From Camelus ferus (Eukaryota): a stretch of DNA of 64,000 nucleotides. Made by a program: the position numbers and the translations under genes. The notes beneath the pieces are model-generated. The model ran no database searches. It was not told where the DNA came from and was given only the letters and a program-made list of their open reading frames with translations. Shown here in pieces: positions 63,331 through 64,000 of the stretch; within the stretch, counting starts at the first letter, position 1; each line of letters begins with the position of its first letter. Location: positions 23,622,001 to 23,686,000 of the forward strand of contig NC_045721.1 in assembly GCF_009834535.1 (NCBI RefSeq), given 5' to 3'.

Positions 63331-64000
63331 GAGTGCAACTGCCACGTGGCACAGACGTCCAGCTTCACGGCCCCCGGAGGCCCCTCCGCTGCTGCCCTGC
63401 GGGGTGAGGGCGGGCGGAGTGCCCTCCCGTTACTGCGGTGGGTGGGGGTTCCCGCTCCCTCCGCTGATAGAAGCCCCGAGGCTCTCCATCCGAGATCACC
63501 AAGGCAGGTGGGGAGAGCCCGGGGTCCCACACCTGGCTGCTCCGGCTCGTCTGCCGTGAGGGGACAGAGCCCGGCTGAGGGCACTGCTGCCAGTCGGGAA
63601 GTAAGACCCAGCACCCGGCCACATCTGCTGATGAGGGTGTCTTCTGAGGGGCAGCCTTGGCGCGGGGGCTCCCTGTCTGCACTGCAGTCTGAGGCTTTTC
63701 CAACCACCCCCACCTTCTCACCCGTGTCAGGCCCACAATGCGGTCCAAGACTCTCCCTGCCGATCCTCGCTCCTCTCCGCCTGGCGCCTCCCTAGACACG
63801 GCCTGCAGGGCCCGTCTCTCTGCCTTTGATAGCTGCTCCCTGGGGGTACCTGCTGTCCCCACCCCACAGGCCTTCTTCCAGGAGTGGGCTGCGTCTCTCC
63901 CACCTCCCACACCCCTCGTCTCTTTCACGTCGTGTGCTGATCTGTTTCTGTGTGTTTGTTTCAGCGCGGTTCTGGGCCTGGTGGGCTCGGACCCCACGGG

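Noticed and set aside
62065-63997. Long overlapping ORFs (157-248 aa) at the right end; possible DEFB104 exon 1
   Set aside because: L1-derived or GC-rich sequence open on both strands with no recognisable domain; no MQRLVLLL-type signal exon found.

Overview
Mammalian genomic DNA, most likely camelid (three vic-1-type tRNA-derived SINEs and a camelid-type L1 3' end), from a beta-defensin locus equivalent to human 8p23.1. Most six-frame ORFs are spurious because the genes are spliced; all gene models were built by hand from splice sites and recalled homology, not from database searches. Left to right: DEFB108 signal exon (-; exon 2 probably off-window), an intact 4-exon FAM90A-like gene (-, 366 aa), a four-unit ~645-bp tandem array carrying GGTCACGTGACC/CCAAT modules, a gapped L1, an intact intronless USP17L deubiquitinase (+, 529 aa), an inverted FAM90A pseudogene (+), a 5-exon KRAB zinc-finger gene of the ZNF705/ZNF596 family (-, 322 aa, GC donor, fossil fingers in the 3' UTR, CpG island upstream), a candidate decayed DEFB108-like pseudogene (-), then DEFB107 (-), DEFB105 (-) and DEFB106 (+). 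The most interesting aspect is a compact FAM90A-USP17L-ZNF705-like cassette with DUX-type motifs embedded in the defensin cluster. No CRISPR arrays or genuine rRNA/tRNA genes were seen.
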